Positions 1 through 12,273 of a stretch of 64,000 nt of DNA are shown here, one piece after another. The DNA comes from Lingula anatina. Taxonomy: Eukaryota > Animalia > Brachiopoda. Position 1 is the stretch's first letter, and each line of letters opens with the position of its first letter. Both the position numbers and the translations under genes were made by a program. The notes below the pieces were generated by a model. That model was not told where the DNA came from, did no database searches, and saw nothing but the letters and a program-made list of their open reading frames with translations. The stretch lies in NCBI GenBank assembly GCA_051362555.1, contig CM120640.1, positions 11,842,001-11,906,000 on the forward strand, in the 5' to 3' direction.

Positions 1-228
1 TGAGTAGAATGCTCGAAACGGAAAGAAAGCCACTGGCTTATGAAAAAATACTTATTTCTGATTTGAAAAAAAAAAAAAAAAAAAAGCCAGACCGACCCCT
101 TCTGCACATGCACTTACTATAATTACTACATGTACATCTATAGCACTGACAGTTAGTATTACAATTACAAATAAATATAGTATTTAAGTATAATCAAAAG
201 TTTAAGAACATATCATTAACAGATGTCA
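1..228. repeat. Left arm of a long inverted repeat (runs off the window start); partner at 16955-17188
   Basis: TGAGTAGAATGCTCGAAACGGAAAGAAAGCCACT...poly(A)...GCCAGACCGACCCCTTCTGCACATGCAC...AAGTTTAAGAACATATCAT is the near-exact reverse complement of 16955-17188. Confidence 0.92.
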
Positions 229-477
229 ACGATACTGATATTTTTCTTTTTCAAAAATTTTAATTTTGCCTTTAAAAAGGCACAAATATCTAGCTATTTT
301 ACATGAGAACAGTCGCGTACCAAATCACCATTAGCAACGGGGAATCCCCGACCTAATAAATAGTATTCCGAAAATATTTATGCTGTAAAGCACCACTTGT
401 CTGTGTGAAATATGCCATCAAAACACATATAGCAACGAATTTTTAATTGAAATAAGTTATACATGCAGTTCTGTTAC

Positions 478-878
478 CTGAGCTAAGCGGCAGCAAGTTT
501 CCACTCTAATAAAACAAGCATTTGGTCATATCCACATCGCACACGAATTTCCCCTTGAGATTCTTTCCTGTATGTGTTGGGTACTGGCAATAAGACGGCT
601 TGAACCAGTGCAAACCCAGGCTTTCTCTATGGTGTTGACAAACACACGTTTCCGTCAAGGTTGAAGACACCCACCCGAAACGATATCAGGTGGGCTTCTG
701 TGAAAGTCTCACCTCCGTAGCTCAACTTTAAATTAAGACCGCACTTCGACAAATGAGCTGTGACAGATCGCTTACAGTCATAAAGCTTAACTGGAGCCTC
801 CTTTGGATATTTCTTAGAAAAACTACACTCCGTGTCGCAGAAAAATGGAACTGTGCATTTTTCCTTTGAATGAGTCAT
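478..878 (-). pseudogene. Degenerate Cys/His-rich first coding exon, probably the N-terminus of a DNA-transposon protein (Sola3-like, tentative)
   Basis: MTHSKEKC...HLISFRVGVF; after a frameshift near 645 it reads VCQHHRESLGLHWFKPSYCQYPTH; there is an in-frame stop and a GT donor at 477. The C-x-HHR-xx-LG-x-W...C-x-Y-P-x-H pattern recalls invertebrate transposase N-termini. The family call is from memory only. Confidence 0.4.
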
Positions 879-1830
879 CGACAGCAATTTCGTGGTTCCC
901 GCCATCTTGAGGCAATAAAGACATGGAAGAAAGACCTTGCAACACGCTGGCTGCATAACATAGGGTTTGGCCATCGCATCAGACAAATATCGCTCACAGC
1001 ACCAGAAAGACACAGAAATGACATTTACATGTACGGTAGAGCAGTTGGAAGGTTCTGTCTCCGATGTCAGCCGTCCACTCTAGCAGATCTCGATTCTGCG
1101 TACATCTCTTATTAGGCATTTTCACGAATAAAAGCAATGTGTTTCCATTTCCTCAATATTTCATCTAAATACATAATATAGTCTACATGCTTGAAATCAC
1201 CATATTGTCACAGACACGGCAAATTGCAAGCCATAGCTTAAAAGCCCAGTGTGTCTATATCACCGGCGAAACTCTTTTATGGATGTGTTCTCAACTCGGA
1301 AAAAAGTAATGTTAGTATTTTGTTTCTTTGCTGACACAACTTCTGCACCTGCGCAGATGTTTGAACACTGTTTTCGTCTCTCCTGCTAGTCTTTTCTATA
1401 AGAGATAGACTTCTTGGTTTGAATTCGATCAAATGCCATCGACAAATCAATTATTATGTATATACAAACGGTACAGTTAATATCTAACTTGCCCGGTGCT
1501 TATCTCTTTCAGTTGACAAGCGCTTTCCGTCGTGATTTACATTTTCTTCAAGAGTCAACAAGTGTAGAACATGTTTTTTATGTGTCAGAAAAAGATGGAA
1601 AAGGTCAAGGTCAGTAACAGTTTATGTAATTGGTTAAATTCATAATATATTTTGGATAAGGTCCAAGCATGAGTAATTCAAATAACATTCTAGATGTCTT
1701 AAATTGAAAACAAGTCTCTTACTGATTGCCTAATAAGGAAATGTTGCATGGTGGGAAAATATTACGTAATCACGCAAAGACAAGTAAATGCATGATCAGT
1801 ATGCAGAAATAGAGTTTACTTCTGCAAAGA
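779..1830. repeat. Dispersed direct-repeat copy of the ~1.06-kb unit also at ~7950-9420
   Basis: CATAAAGCTTAACTGGAGCCTCCTTTGGATATTTC... recurs at ~8082 and ~9148. ORFs 627..1013 and 8071..8268 give near-identical peptides (MTHSKEK...CDTECSFS.KYPKEAPVKLY). Confidence 0.9.
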
Positions 1831-2442
1831 ATGTAAGCCAATGAAATGTCAGCAACGGTAAAATATGTAAATAGATGCAAGCCCTGTTAGGTTGACTTAC
1901 TTCATTGGACTGGGGAGTTAGATGAAAAGAGCATTGTCTAAAGGCCCGTTACCATCATGAAGGAATCGCTGCAAACCACTGAATATGGGAGAGTGGGGCA
2001 AAGCGATGGAATATGCAAATGTATCAGGTAATTAGTTCAACCAGCGTGTACGCTGGCGGTACTCATGGTTTTAGTCCCGACCCGTCTCCTGCGGCTCCGC
2101 CGGGTGGCAGGAGTGCACCTCCTAGTAACGAAAGCCGGACACTAAATCCTGGGTATGCTAGTCCTAGGGCATGCATTGCTAGGAATGGAAGTCCTAGGGC
2201 ATACGTTACTAGGATTCAATGTCCGTAGGACAAAGGCTCCCAAGTAATGTAAGTCCTACGTGTAGTAATGCATGTCTTAATAATGGGACGTGCGTTCGTG
2301 ACATTTTAGTAACGCATGTCCTATATAGTTTACACCGAGAAATAACATGAAGAAATAAATTTTTAAACAATGTTTATAAGCATTAGATGCTCTCCACAAA
2401 ATTAAATAAGTAAATAAAACAAATGAATACGTATATGCAACA

Positions 2443-2443
<1 letters not shown>

Positions 2444-2522
<79 letters not shown>
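2444..2522. repeat. (AT)n microsatellite, possibly the tail of the minus-strand LINE
   Basis: Uninterrupted AT dinucleotide run. Confidence 0.95.
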
Positions 2523-2524
<2 letters not shown>

Positions 2525-2699
2525 CTTCAAAGATTTCAGTTTTGGAACACAAAAGTTACCAGAAATATTTAAATACAGAAAGAAAGAAAATAATAGGGAG
2601 AAGAAAAGGATCGTAACTAATTTACGTATACAACACAACTAAATACAATTTGGATTACTTTAATAGAAAAGAAAATTATATGAAATCATTAAATGAAAT

Positions 2700-3880
2700 A
2701 AATTAGGTCAAGCAGAGAAAAGATGGTACTCTTTGAGTTATGTGAAGGTTTTCGAGTAGAAAATTTGCAATGGTTTCAAAGATCATTTCATTTTGGGTAG
2801 TTGATAGACATCCACGACCATAGAGAAATAGTGAAAACTTTTCTTTTTGTGTTTTAAAAGAGGTCTTACGTTCATGTAATATTTCATTTATTTTTTGGTA
2901 AAGGGGAGGATACCTTTAATTGAGTGAGGGGCATCTGAAAAAGAAATGCAGAGGAATATCAAGGGCACTGCAGGTGCAGTGTGATGTGTCAATAGTAGTG
3001 TAATTATGCCTAAACAATTCTGCTCTAAATAAACACCCGACCCTCGCTCTGTTAAGAACTTTTTCTTGATTTCTGTCCAAGTTTAGTGTTGTTGTTGTTG
3101 AAAGCGACCCAGCAATGAGGTGATTTTTTATAGAGTTCTTGAAAGATGAGATTGAAGGTAAAGGTTTAGTGGAGGAGGAGAGTTGATCTCATGAATACAT
3201 TAGAAAATAGTTAACTGAGGTACGGGGGTATCAAGAAGGAAGTTTAAAGTCTCTTTTGTTATTTTCTCGGGTTATGATTGGAAAAGGGTTTCTGAATGGG
3301 TGGAATATATCAGAAACATAGGAGGGGATCATATTCGCCATAACTGAAAACATAATTTTTTGAGCATGCATTTTTCTTCTACATGTATCAAATAGAGAAA
3401 TCCAATTTAGTTGTTCAAATATTTTGGAGGTCCAAGAGCTAGGTAAGGCTCCCAGTACTATTATGCCGGCTAGGTATTGAAGAGACGATAGTTTCTATAA
3501 TTTCTTCTGGAGTGAGTTATGATAGAAGATGTCACAGTAATCAAATTGTGATTGGGTAAATGCATTATATATAACATTTAAGAGTTTGGACCTAACTTTG
3601 CAGTATAGAGGTTTTAGGGCATTTAAAGCCCGTTGAACCTTTTCGCAAACAAAACCAATATGGTCGTTGAATTTTAGTTTTGGATCAAGTACTAGTCCCA
3701 GGTGTTTATGGCTCTTAGACCTGGGTATCATGGTATTGTTAATATACAATCCAGGGTATGTATTAGTATTATTTTCTTTGCCGAATATAATTTCGCGGCA
3801 CTTTGCCGGTTTAAAATTCAGTTTCCATTTATTGGACCAATTTCGATGGTACGTAGGTCACCTTGTAATATATCGTGTGA
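2700..3880 (-). mobile_element. 5'-truncated CR1/L2-group LINE remnant (ORF2 C-terminal part)
   Basis: ORF 3495..3749 reads HKHLGLVLDPKLKFNDHI...FDYCDIFY and continues through stops as LQYLAGIIVLGA...LNWISL. This is a typical post-RT region of CR1-like ORF2. Confidence 0.8.
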
Positions 3881-4715
3881 ATCGACCTCACCCCGACGCG
3901 AGGGCATAAAGAGGGAAGTATCATCCGCATAGATGAAACAAAAAAGATATAGAGACATACTAGTTTTAAAGATATAATAAACGTTTGCTTTATTCTATTT
4001 ATATGACATTTCATCTTTATATTTCACAATGTTTTTATTTTCCGATAGGCAGTTTATATGCATATTTATGAAGTAACAAAAACAATTTATTTATTTTATG
4101 TGTGTTTTTCATCTAGTAAACGCACATTTTTACATGTGTTAACGCATATTTTTGACGTACTCCTCCCTCAATATGTATGAGCCTGGTTTGCCCGATATTT
4201 TTTAACAAAATAAGGTAGGCCTACCATCCAAAGGCATCCCTTATTTTTCTCCTTTGAGGTATATGTATATTATTTCTCCTTTTCTACTGGGGTGTACCTT
4301 TTGTGTTTTGCGTCTAAATTCTTATTTTGTCTCTCTCTCTTTTTGAAAATCGTATTCCTAAGAGAAAAATCACTTTACACAAAACGGGGGATCTCCGTTC
4401 TTAGATTTTTTTTTTCGGTTTACACTAGCAGAAATTGAAAAAATAACCTCAAACTCGATGGAAATTTGCTCTTGGAAAGTATGGGCTAAGATTTAAGACA
4501 AATCAAGACAGTTTAGAAATTGAAAATTGCAATATATGTATATAATGTTCTGTAATATCCGTTTGCTGTTTTGGTGCTTTGAAACTTAAAAAGCAAAACA
4601 AAAAAAAATAGTTGTAAATGTAATGAGCACGGCATTTCGAACACATATTAGCCATTAAAAACACCATTATACATTTTGCTACAAGTAATAAAGGGGGGAT
4701 AAGGTCATGTCAAAG

Positions 4716-4801
4716 GTAGGTATCGAACCCAAAGATGTAACAGAACCATTCCTGGATACACATCTTACGGACTGGCACGCTAACCACTACACAGACGAGC
4801 T
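4716..4801 (-). other. tRNA-derived relic or SINE head
   Basis: The minus strand has an A-box-like TGTAGTGGTTAGCG and a B-box-like GGTTCGATACC. No clean cloverleaf or CCA end. Confidence 0.35.
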
Positions 4802-4895
4802 AAACTTGCAAACCTGTATTTTTTTGTCTGATATATGGCTCACCAGAAGGATTTCATATACATTTATAGTTGTATCATTATTATTGCGTAAGGAT

Positions 4896-5076
4896 AGGAC
4901 TTTCAAATGGCCGGACTTACATTACTGTCATAGGTGTAACAGGGATAAAAGTCCGACAGTAATGCAAGTCCTACCTACTCTAATTATGAGCCAGGAACCT
5001 AAGTCCCTGTAGGACTACTATTCCCAAGTAACGTTAGTCCTACGGACAACCATGGGGGACTTGGATTACTGTTACA
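4896..5076. mobile_element. Short TIR-element fragment with TGTAACAG...CTGTTACA ends and AGTCCT/AGGACT subterminal motifs (Ginger-like MITE, tentative)
   Basis: TGTAACAG at 4935 and CTGTTACA ending at 5076. The same GTAAT..AAGTCCTA motifs are arrayed at ~2110-2270. No matching TSD. Confidence 0.4.
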
Positions 5077-5797
5077 CGGGCTCTGGCGCCGGATACAAGT
5101 CACTGTTACCGCTTCTCCTCCTAGACCGTAAGGGCCCCTGCCGTCATCTCTTGGATTTAGGTCACATGTAATCTCAACTTGAACCCCCTAATTTTTTTTT
5201 TTTCGGTGTCTCGTTCGGTGTATTGGCCTGGGCGTGACAGTGGTTGAAACGCACCCTTGTCAATTTTTTTGAAAATTCAATGCCAAATATCTCCCACACT
5301 AAAGGAATTATGGGAAAAATTACTGTAGAAGTCTGATCAAAAGTCATATGTGAAGATTCCAAATATGCCCTTGGATTTTACCTTTGACCTTTATTTCAAA
5401 CGGGCCAATTTTTTTTTAAAAAGGGATTTTTTTTTTGCAAAAAAAAAAACATTTGTTTGTGCTAATTTTCAGAAACTACACAGACCTAAGCTCTCATATT
5501 ACAATGAGGGGAAACAATTAGGGACTGCTTTCACCTTCGGGAGTTTGGGGTCAATCGGTGCATTTTCATGGGAGAAGCGGCCGTTAGATGCCAAAATTGA
5601 AAACTCTCTCTAATTCTGGAACCGTACAGTATGTATTAGAGAAATCTTGATTTTTGCATTTTGTAGACCTTGTTAAGCACTACACTGGAGGTGGTATCCG
5701 TTTTTTTGTTGATCGATATGGTTTAGGAGTTGCGCTATATCAAAAAGTACAATGTCGTAATATTCAGTGAAGTTAAAATGTGAAATACTCTAAATTT

Positions 5798-6066
5798 AGC
5801 AGAGATATGACCATAGTTACTATTGAACTTGAATAGGAATTCATATAATTGCAATCTTACTGTGATCTTGAAATTGACCTTTCACCTTCTTTTCACCATG
5901 AGCTGAACTTTACAAGTTTTCTGTCCCCTATATTTCCAAAACTGGCAGAGATACGCCCGTAGTTACTTTTGAATTTGAATAGGAAATCATATACTGGCAA
6001 TCTAACCGTGATCGTCCTATTGACATTTGACCTACTTTTCACCATGAACTAAACTTTGCATATTTT
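5798..6066. repeat. Two diverged tandem ~148-bp units
   Basis: GCAGAGATA...TAGTTACT.TTGAA.TTGAATAGGAA.TCATATA...TTTCACCATGA.CT.AACTTT occurs twice. Confidence 0.7.
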
Positions 6067-6561
6067 CGCTCTCTTAGGCCTATATCTTTAAAACTGGCCA
6101 GTGTTACCCCTGAGTTTCAATGTCTGCAAGTTGACAGGGTAATTTAGGGTACCAGCAAGACTTGGGGGTTGGGGGCAATCTCCCCTGGAAAATTTTAATA
6201 TCAAAGTGCAATTTGGTGCATTTAACGTTATTTGGAACAGATTTTTCAACATTTTTTGTGGCGCATAATTGTCTTGTTGAGGTTGTAACAAGGAAAAGTG
6301 TGATATAAATATAGCTCAGACGACCTTTTTTGAGTAAACAAATAATGAAGCCTATAATTAACAATGTATGCTTGACTTGTAAAAGAGCCCGCAAAATGCA
6401 CTCGCAGGCAGACTACCACATACACTGAAGTGTTAAAAACTAGGTCAACCGAGAAATGCTTGGGAGAGACAGTGATCGGTGCCACAATATCTGGACAGTG
6501 AAAAGTAGTCACTCCTGGTCTCTGTCTGTCAATATATATGTATAGTACACTGCTTTATAGT

Positions 6562-7111
6562 ACTAGCTTTCACCTGCCTCTGTCGTCACCGTAGCTGTCT
6601 GCCGTCGCCATGCACTTTCAGAGATACCACAATAAGTGGAAAACGGTTTTATCTGTTGTCTTCAACCTTATGGAACTGATGTTTATTCATAAAATACAGT
6701 TTGAAAATCAGCACGATCGGGCCGTTTTTTCAAAAGTAATGCTGTTTTCCCGTCTTTTTTAGCATATATGCAACACTGATAACGCATTTCAAGGAAAACC
6801 AATTGGCTCATTGTCTTGAAAATCACAGGAGTAATTAATGTTATGAAAATATAGGCGGAGTTCGAAAATTGGCTTGATCAGACCATTTTTACAAAGGTAA
6901 TAAAGTTTTTCACTTTTTTGGCATATTTTGAGAATTCTGGTTTATTGCACCTTGTAGAGTTTGCCAAGCACAGCATTGGTGGAGGTGTCCCCCTTATTTA
7001 TTTATTTATTTATTTTTTTTTTTTTATTTATTTATTTATTTTTTTTTTGGGGGGGGGGGGTTCCATACGAATGCCCTTACTCCAGCTGGTGGTTCAGCTG
7101 ATCCTCTAGTT
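6562..7111. mobile_element. Possible non-autonomous Helentron/HINE-type element
   Basis: Starts CTAGCTTTCACCTG...GTCGTC/GCCGTCG and ends GATCCTCTAGTT, an end pattern resembling invertebrate HINEs. Similarity from memory only. Confidence 0.3.
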
Positions 7112-7574
7112 ACTTTTTATAATCACAAAGCTGCAGGATATCAGGATACAGGATCCTAAAACAGAGAGAGAGAGATTTTTTGGACGATTAATTTCCTAAG
7201 TTATTTATTTTACTGGCATAGTACAGGGAGTTATTAGCTTTGTCGAACTAAGACTGCATTCTCAGAGATTTAGGTCGACCCATCTGGATCAACGTAACTC
7301 TCTGGGGGTACACGCTAAATTCCTGTCAGCCGAGCGCCCACGCCAGTTAATTACCCCTTTACAGCTTAAAGTAGGCGGGACAGACATTTAAGCCGGTTAA
7401 GCTGACACCAATCTAGTGAGACTCCCCAGGGAGATAGATTGATCTAAATGTCTATGGGAATGGGGTCTTTTGTGGGAAGATTGTTAAAGTTATCAACGGC
7501 GCACCCAGTAGACCTATTTACCTAAGAAATACTGTTGTAAAGCAAATGACTTACACTTTCACTAATTGCAGATA

Positions 7575-9420
7575 ACAATTAAAACGGAATCAAACGAGTA
7601 AAAGGAAAGGGAGTTATTGAGTGTAAGTTAAGTTTCATCAAGAGTCAACAAGTGTTGAACATGTTTTTTAAGTGTGAAGCAAAACGGACGCAAAAGGGCA
7701 CTACTTTCGCCGTGAGTTGCATTCCCTTCGTAAGTGGTGTGTGCCACGTACACAGGAAGCAAGACAAAATCAAGAAATGAGTACAATTTGCAATTAGCGT
7801 CCCTGCTTGAAAGGACACCTCATGTGGCCCTTGCGACTCGCAAGGCAGACTTTTCTCTATCTCTATGACCTCCACGGCCTCCACAACACCCAAAAATCGC
7901 AGGGGACGTACGATCCTGAAATTCGTGCGTCCAGTTGTGACCGAGGCTTAATATATTTTAATTTCGGTCATCTGTTTATCACATGATAACTGAGTTTTGG
8001 ATAAGGTCCTAGTATGGGTAATTCAAATAATATTTTAGATATCTTTAATTGAAAACAAGTCTCTTAGGGATTACCTTAACCCATAAAGCTTAACTGGAGC
8101 CTCCTTTGGATATTTCTCAGAAAAACTACACTCCGTGTCGCAGGAAAACGAAACTGTGCTTTTTTCCTTTGAATGAGTCATCGACGGCAATTTCGTGGTT
8201 TCCACCATCTTGAGGCAATAATAATTTTCCTGGAAGAAAGACCTTGCAACACGCTGGCTGCATAACATAGGGTTTAGTCATAATAACAGACAAATATCAC
8301 TCACAGCACCAGAAAGACACAGAAATGACATTTACATGTACGACAAAGCAGTTGGAAGGTTCTGTCTCCGATGTCAGCCGTCCACTCTGGCAGATCTCGA
8401 TTATGCGTACAACTCTTATTAGGCATTTTCACGAATAAAAGCAATGTGTTTCCATTTCCTCAATATTTCATCTAAATTCATGATAGTCTACATGCATGAA
8501 ATCACCATATTGTCACAGACACGGTAAATTGCAAGCCACACCTTAAAAGCCCAGTGTGTCTGTATCACCGGCGAGACGCTTTTATGGATGTGTTCTCAAC
8601 TCGGAAAAAAAGTAATGTTAGTATTTTGTTTCTTTGCTGACACAACTTCTGCACTTGCGCAGATGTTTGAACACTGTTTTCGTCTCTCCTGCTAGTCTTT
8701 TCTATAAGAGATAGACTTCTTGGTTTGAATTCGATCAAATGCCATCGACAAATCAATTATAATGTATAAACATACGGTACAGTTAATGTCTAACTTGCCC
8801 GGTGCTTTTCTGTTGACAAGTGCTTTCCGTCGTGATTTACAATTGCTTAAATTACAGTAAAACGGAATCAAACGAGTTAAAGGATAGGGAGTTATTGAGT
8901 GTAAGTTAAGTTTCATCAAGAGTCAACAAGTGTAGAACATGTTTTAAGTGTCAGAAAAAGATGGAAAAGGTCAAAGTCAGAAACAGTTATGTGTTTGGTT
9001 AAATTCATAATATATTTTAATTTCGGTCATCTGTTTATCGCATCATAACTGAGTTTTGGATAAGGTCCAAGCATGAGTAATTCAAATATTATTTTAGATA
9101 TCTTTAATTGAAAACAAGTCTCTTAGGGATTACCTAATAGGGTAACCCATAAAGCTTAACTGGAGCCTCCTTTGGATATTTCTTAGAAAAACTACACTCC
9201 GTGTCGCAGAAAATGAAACTGTGCATTTTTCCTTTGAATGAGTCATCGACGGAAATTAAGTGGTTCCCGCCATTTTGAAAACAAGTCTCTTAGGGATTAC
9301 CTAATGAGGAAATGTTGCATGGTGACTTGCAACATTCGAATGGAAAATATTTTGTAATCACGCAAAGACAATGAAAAGAAAACAAGTAAATGCATGATCA
9401 GTACGCAGAAATAGAGTTTA
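7575..9420. repeat. Partial tandem array of the ~1.06-kb unit plus rearranged pieces
   Basis: 7950-8210 is repeated at ~9010-9277, 7575-7680 at ~8858-8950, and the body matches 779-1830. Confidence 0.88.
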
Positions 9421-9507
9421 AATACATGTGAAATTGTGTGAAAAGTTAGTCGGTGAATAAACGTTCGAAAGCTCCAGACTGTTGTCGTTATTATTCACTA
9501 TAACAAG

Positions 9508-9515
9508 TGGTGGAG
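9508..9515 (+). promoter_or_regulatory. Primer-binding site (tRNA-Ala type) after an LTR 3' end
   Basis: ...TATAACA (LTR end at 9505), AG, then TGGTGGAG; AATAAA about 50 bp upstream. Confidence 0.55.
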
Positions 9516-11744
9516 GAAAAAACCGACCCCCGCTCTACCGAGGCAAGCAGAACGGCTCTACAGTTATGGTGATGACGCCAGCAGGAGCGTAGACTCCGAT
9601 CTTAGACCTAATTGTTTTGTTTGCAATTTTAAATGTAATTGTTGTGCTAAAATAGGACACATAACAGAAGTCTGTCATGCTGCACGTGTAAACAAACGGC
9701 TAAGAAAAAGAAAAGGGTTTTATAACAAAATTGAAGATAGAAAAGTGCCAAATTCTATTATTTTCGATTTCCAAGCTAATAATCTAATACCAATTCAAAT
9801 AGACAAACAACATGGCAATGCTTTGGTTGACACAGGTGCCGTCATATCCTGTGTATCAGAATCTCTTTTATCAAAATTAGGAAAAAAAGATCGAAATGCA
9901 TATGAAAAACCGTCATTAAAAGAAGTTTCAGTTGTTGATGGATCTGTGATTTATGTTCTTGGAAAAGTGGAGTTACCACTTTGCTTTGGTGAAATGAACA
10001 TTAAGTTCACGTATTTAGTCAGTTGCCAAGAGGTTTGATATTAGGCACAGATTTCTTAAGAAAACACAAAGTAAAAATTGATTTATCGTCTGATAGCATG
10101 GCATTGTCTGATTATGATTTGCTCTTACCATTGTATAGTCCACCTTTATTAGGTTTAGTGCGTAACTTTAAATCAGAATTTATTCCACGCAGATGTGAAT
10201 GCTTAATACCAGTGAAAATATCACATTTTTCATCTGTAGTCTCAGTAGCTTTATTAGAGCCAATACGAAAGCTTGAGTCCAAGAAAAAATTATTGGAGCA
10301 AAATGTTTGGTTTCCATTGATAAAAATAAATCTTCTTACAGAATAATGAATCCTAACGATTAAAGTATTTTCATCCCCAAAAGAACAATATTAGCTGTTG
10401 CAAGTTCAGTGAGTCAAGCAAGCGTCAGTGTTTTAAATGAAATGTCAGAAGGAGACAAAGTACAAAAAGGTGATAGGTTATCGGATCAAGAAGCATGGAA
10501 TGCAGATGAATTAAATATAAACTTTGCCGATTCAGACATAAGTGAGGATCAGAAACAACAGTTGAAAATATTGCTAGGAGGTAATCGTGATGTTTTTGCT
10601 ACGTTAGGCACAGCAAATATGTATCAGCATAGAATTGACACAATAAATGATATCCCTGTGAAACAAACATTTTATCATACGTCACCAAAGTTAAAAAATC
10701 AAATTGTCAAGCAAGTAGACGAAATGTTACAACACGGTATAATTGAAGAAAGCATAAGTGAGTACAGAAGTCCAGTGGTAAAAGTAAAAAGTAGAATGGA
10801 GAATACAGAATCGCCATTGATTACCGGAAGTTGAACAAAGTCACAAATCCCATGCACTGGCCACTCCCACGTTTAGGAGACATTTTTGAAACGATAGGTA
10901 CGTCAGGTGCTAGATATTTCTCTAGTTTAGATATGGCAGGCGCATACTGGCAATTACCACTTGACCCTGAAACTAAACACAAGAATGCATTCATCACACA
11001 CCACGGTCACTTCCAATTCTGGCCAACGTAACGCCGTTGTTTGTTTCCAGGCATTAATGAGCCACATTTTTAGAGACATGAATTGGAAAACAATACTTAT
11101 ATACATCGACGATATTTTGGTTATGAGTAAAACATTTGATGAACATTTAAAACATTTAAATCAAGTATTCCAAAAATTAAGATCTACGAATCTCAGACTT
11201 AAGCCATTAAAATGTAAGTTTGCAACAACAAATGCTAAATATTTAGGTCATGTAATAGATAAAAATGGAATAAGACCAGATGAGAAAAATCTTGAAGCTA
11301 TAAAATCATTTCCAACGCCAAAAGCTATAAGAAACGCCAGAAGTTATTTTAGGATTGTGTAACTTCTACAGAAAATTTATAAAAGGTTTCAGTAAAATAG
11401 CAAATCCCTTAAATAAACTTTTGCGGAAAGACGTACAATTCTTATGGAGTCCAGAATGTGAAGCGGCATTTCAAACACTACAAGAAGCGTTAATGTCACC
11501 ACCATTATCGGCTTATCCATATACGTCGCACGAGTTTACATTAACGACGGGCGCATCCACTTCCGCTATAGGTTACATTTTAGGTCAAAAGAATGACAAC
11601 AATCAAGATAGGGTTATTGCGTATGGAGGGAGGTCTTTAAACAAGTCGGAAAAGAACTACACAATTCACGAGTTAGAATGTTTAGCAGTTCTTGAAGGGA
11701 AAAAGCAATTTGAACAATATTTGTCCAACAACCATTTCAAAGTA

Positions 11745-12273
11745 GGCGAGGGGGATAGGCTCCCCGGAGCTCTGCTTTGAACAGGCGGCAGTGGAGTCGC
11801 AAGGCTGTAGGGGAACATTAAAGAAGTGGTATAGTGCTGTGGGAGAGGACTGAAGGCCCACTGTGTCTCGAATCCTGAATTAGCAGGATACTGTGGCATC
11901 GTCTAGTCGGCTCAGTGTGAAATAAGCGTTCACTGAGTGGTACAGGGACGACAGTCCTCGCCTAGCTACGCGTTGTTGATGCGGTTCCAACACGGTGGTG
12001 AACAGGCAAGGCTGGTGAAAACGGTCAAAGTTCCGATAACCCATGGCAGTGGGACCGGGATCAGACCGTCGGTTGCTCCCTGGGAGCTGGTAAGCTCTAC
12101 GGGATTGAGTAATCGCTATCGACTGGGTCACCGGCCGGTTGGGTCGCAAAAGGCAGTAAGGCTTAAGAAAAGCAGCCGCGCTCAGCCAATGAGTTAGTAA
12201 GTGAGCTAGTGGGAAAGGTACTCAGCCTAGGTTGCGCCCCTGGCAAGGAGGGGAGACTGAAGAGTATAAGTGG
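11745..12273. other. GC-rich ~530-bp insertion interrupting the Gypsy RNase H region
   Basis: The flanks rejoin as ...NNHFKV|YTDNKAISWLQN. The insert is much more GC-rich than the host and contains several hairpins. Confidence 0.85.

Noticed and set aside
2277-2638. ORFs with IYIYIY runs (also 21491..21676, and 61608..61799 with CVCV)
   Set aside because: They are translations of dinucleotide microsatellites.
11745-11975. HDV-like ribozyme using GGCGAGG/CCTCGCC as P1
   Set aside because: No matching P3/L3, no GG for P1.1, and no recognisable J4/2.
11880-12197. Overlapping 86-89 aa ORFs in the GC-rich insert
   Set aside because: No recognisable motifs; expected by chance in GC-rich sequence.
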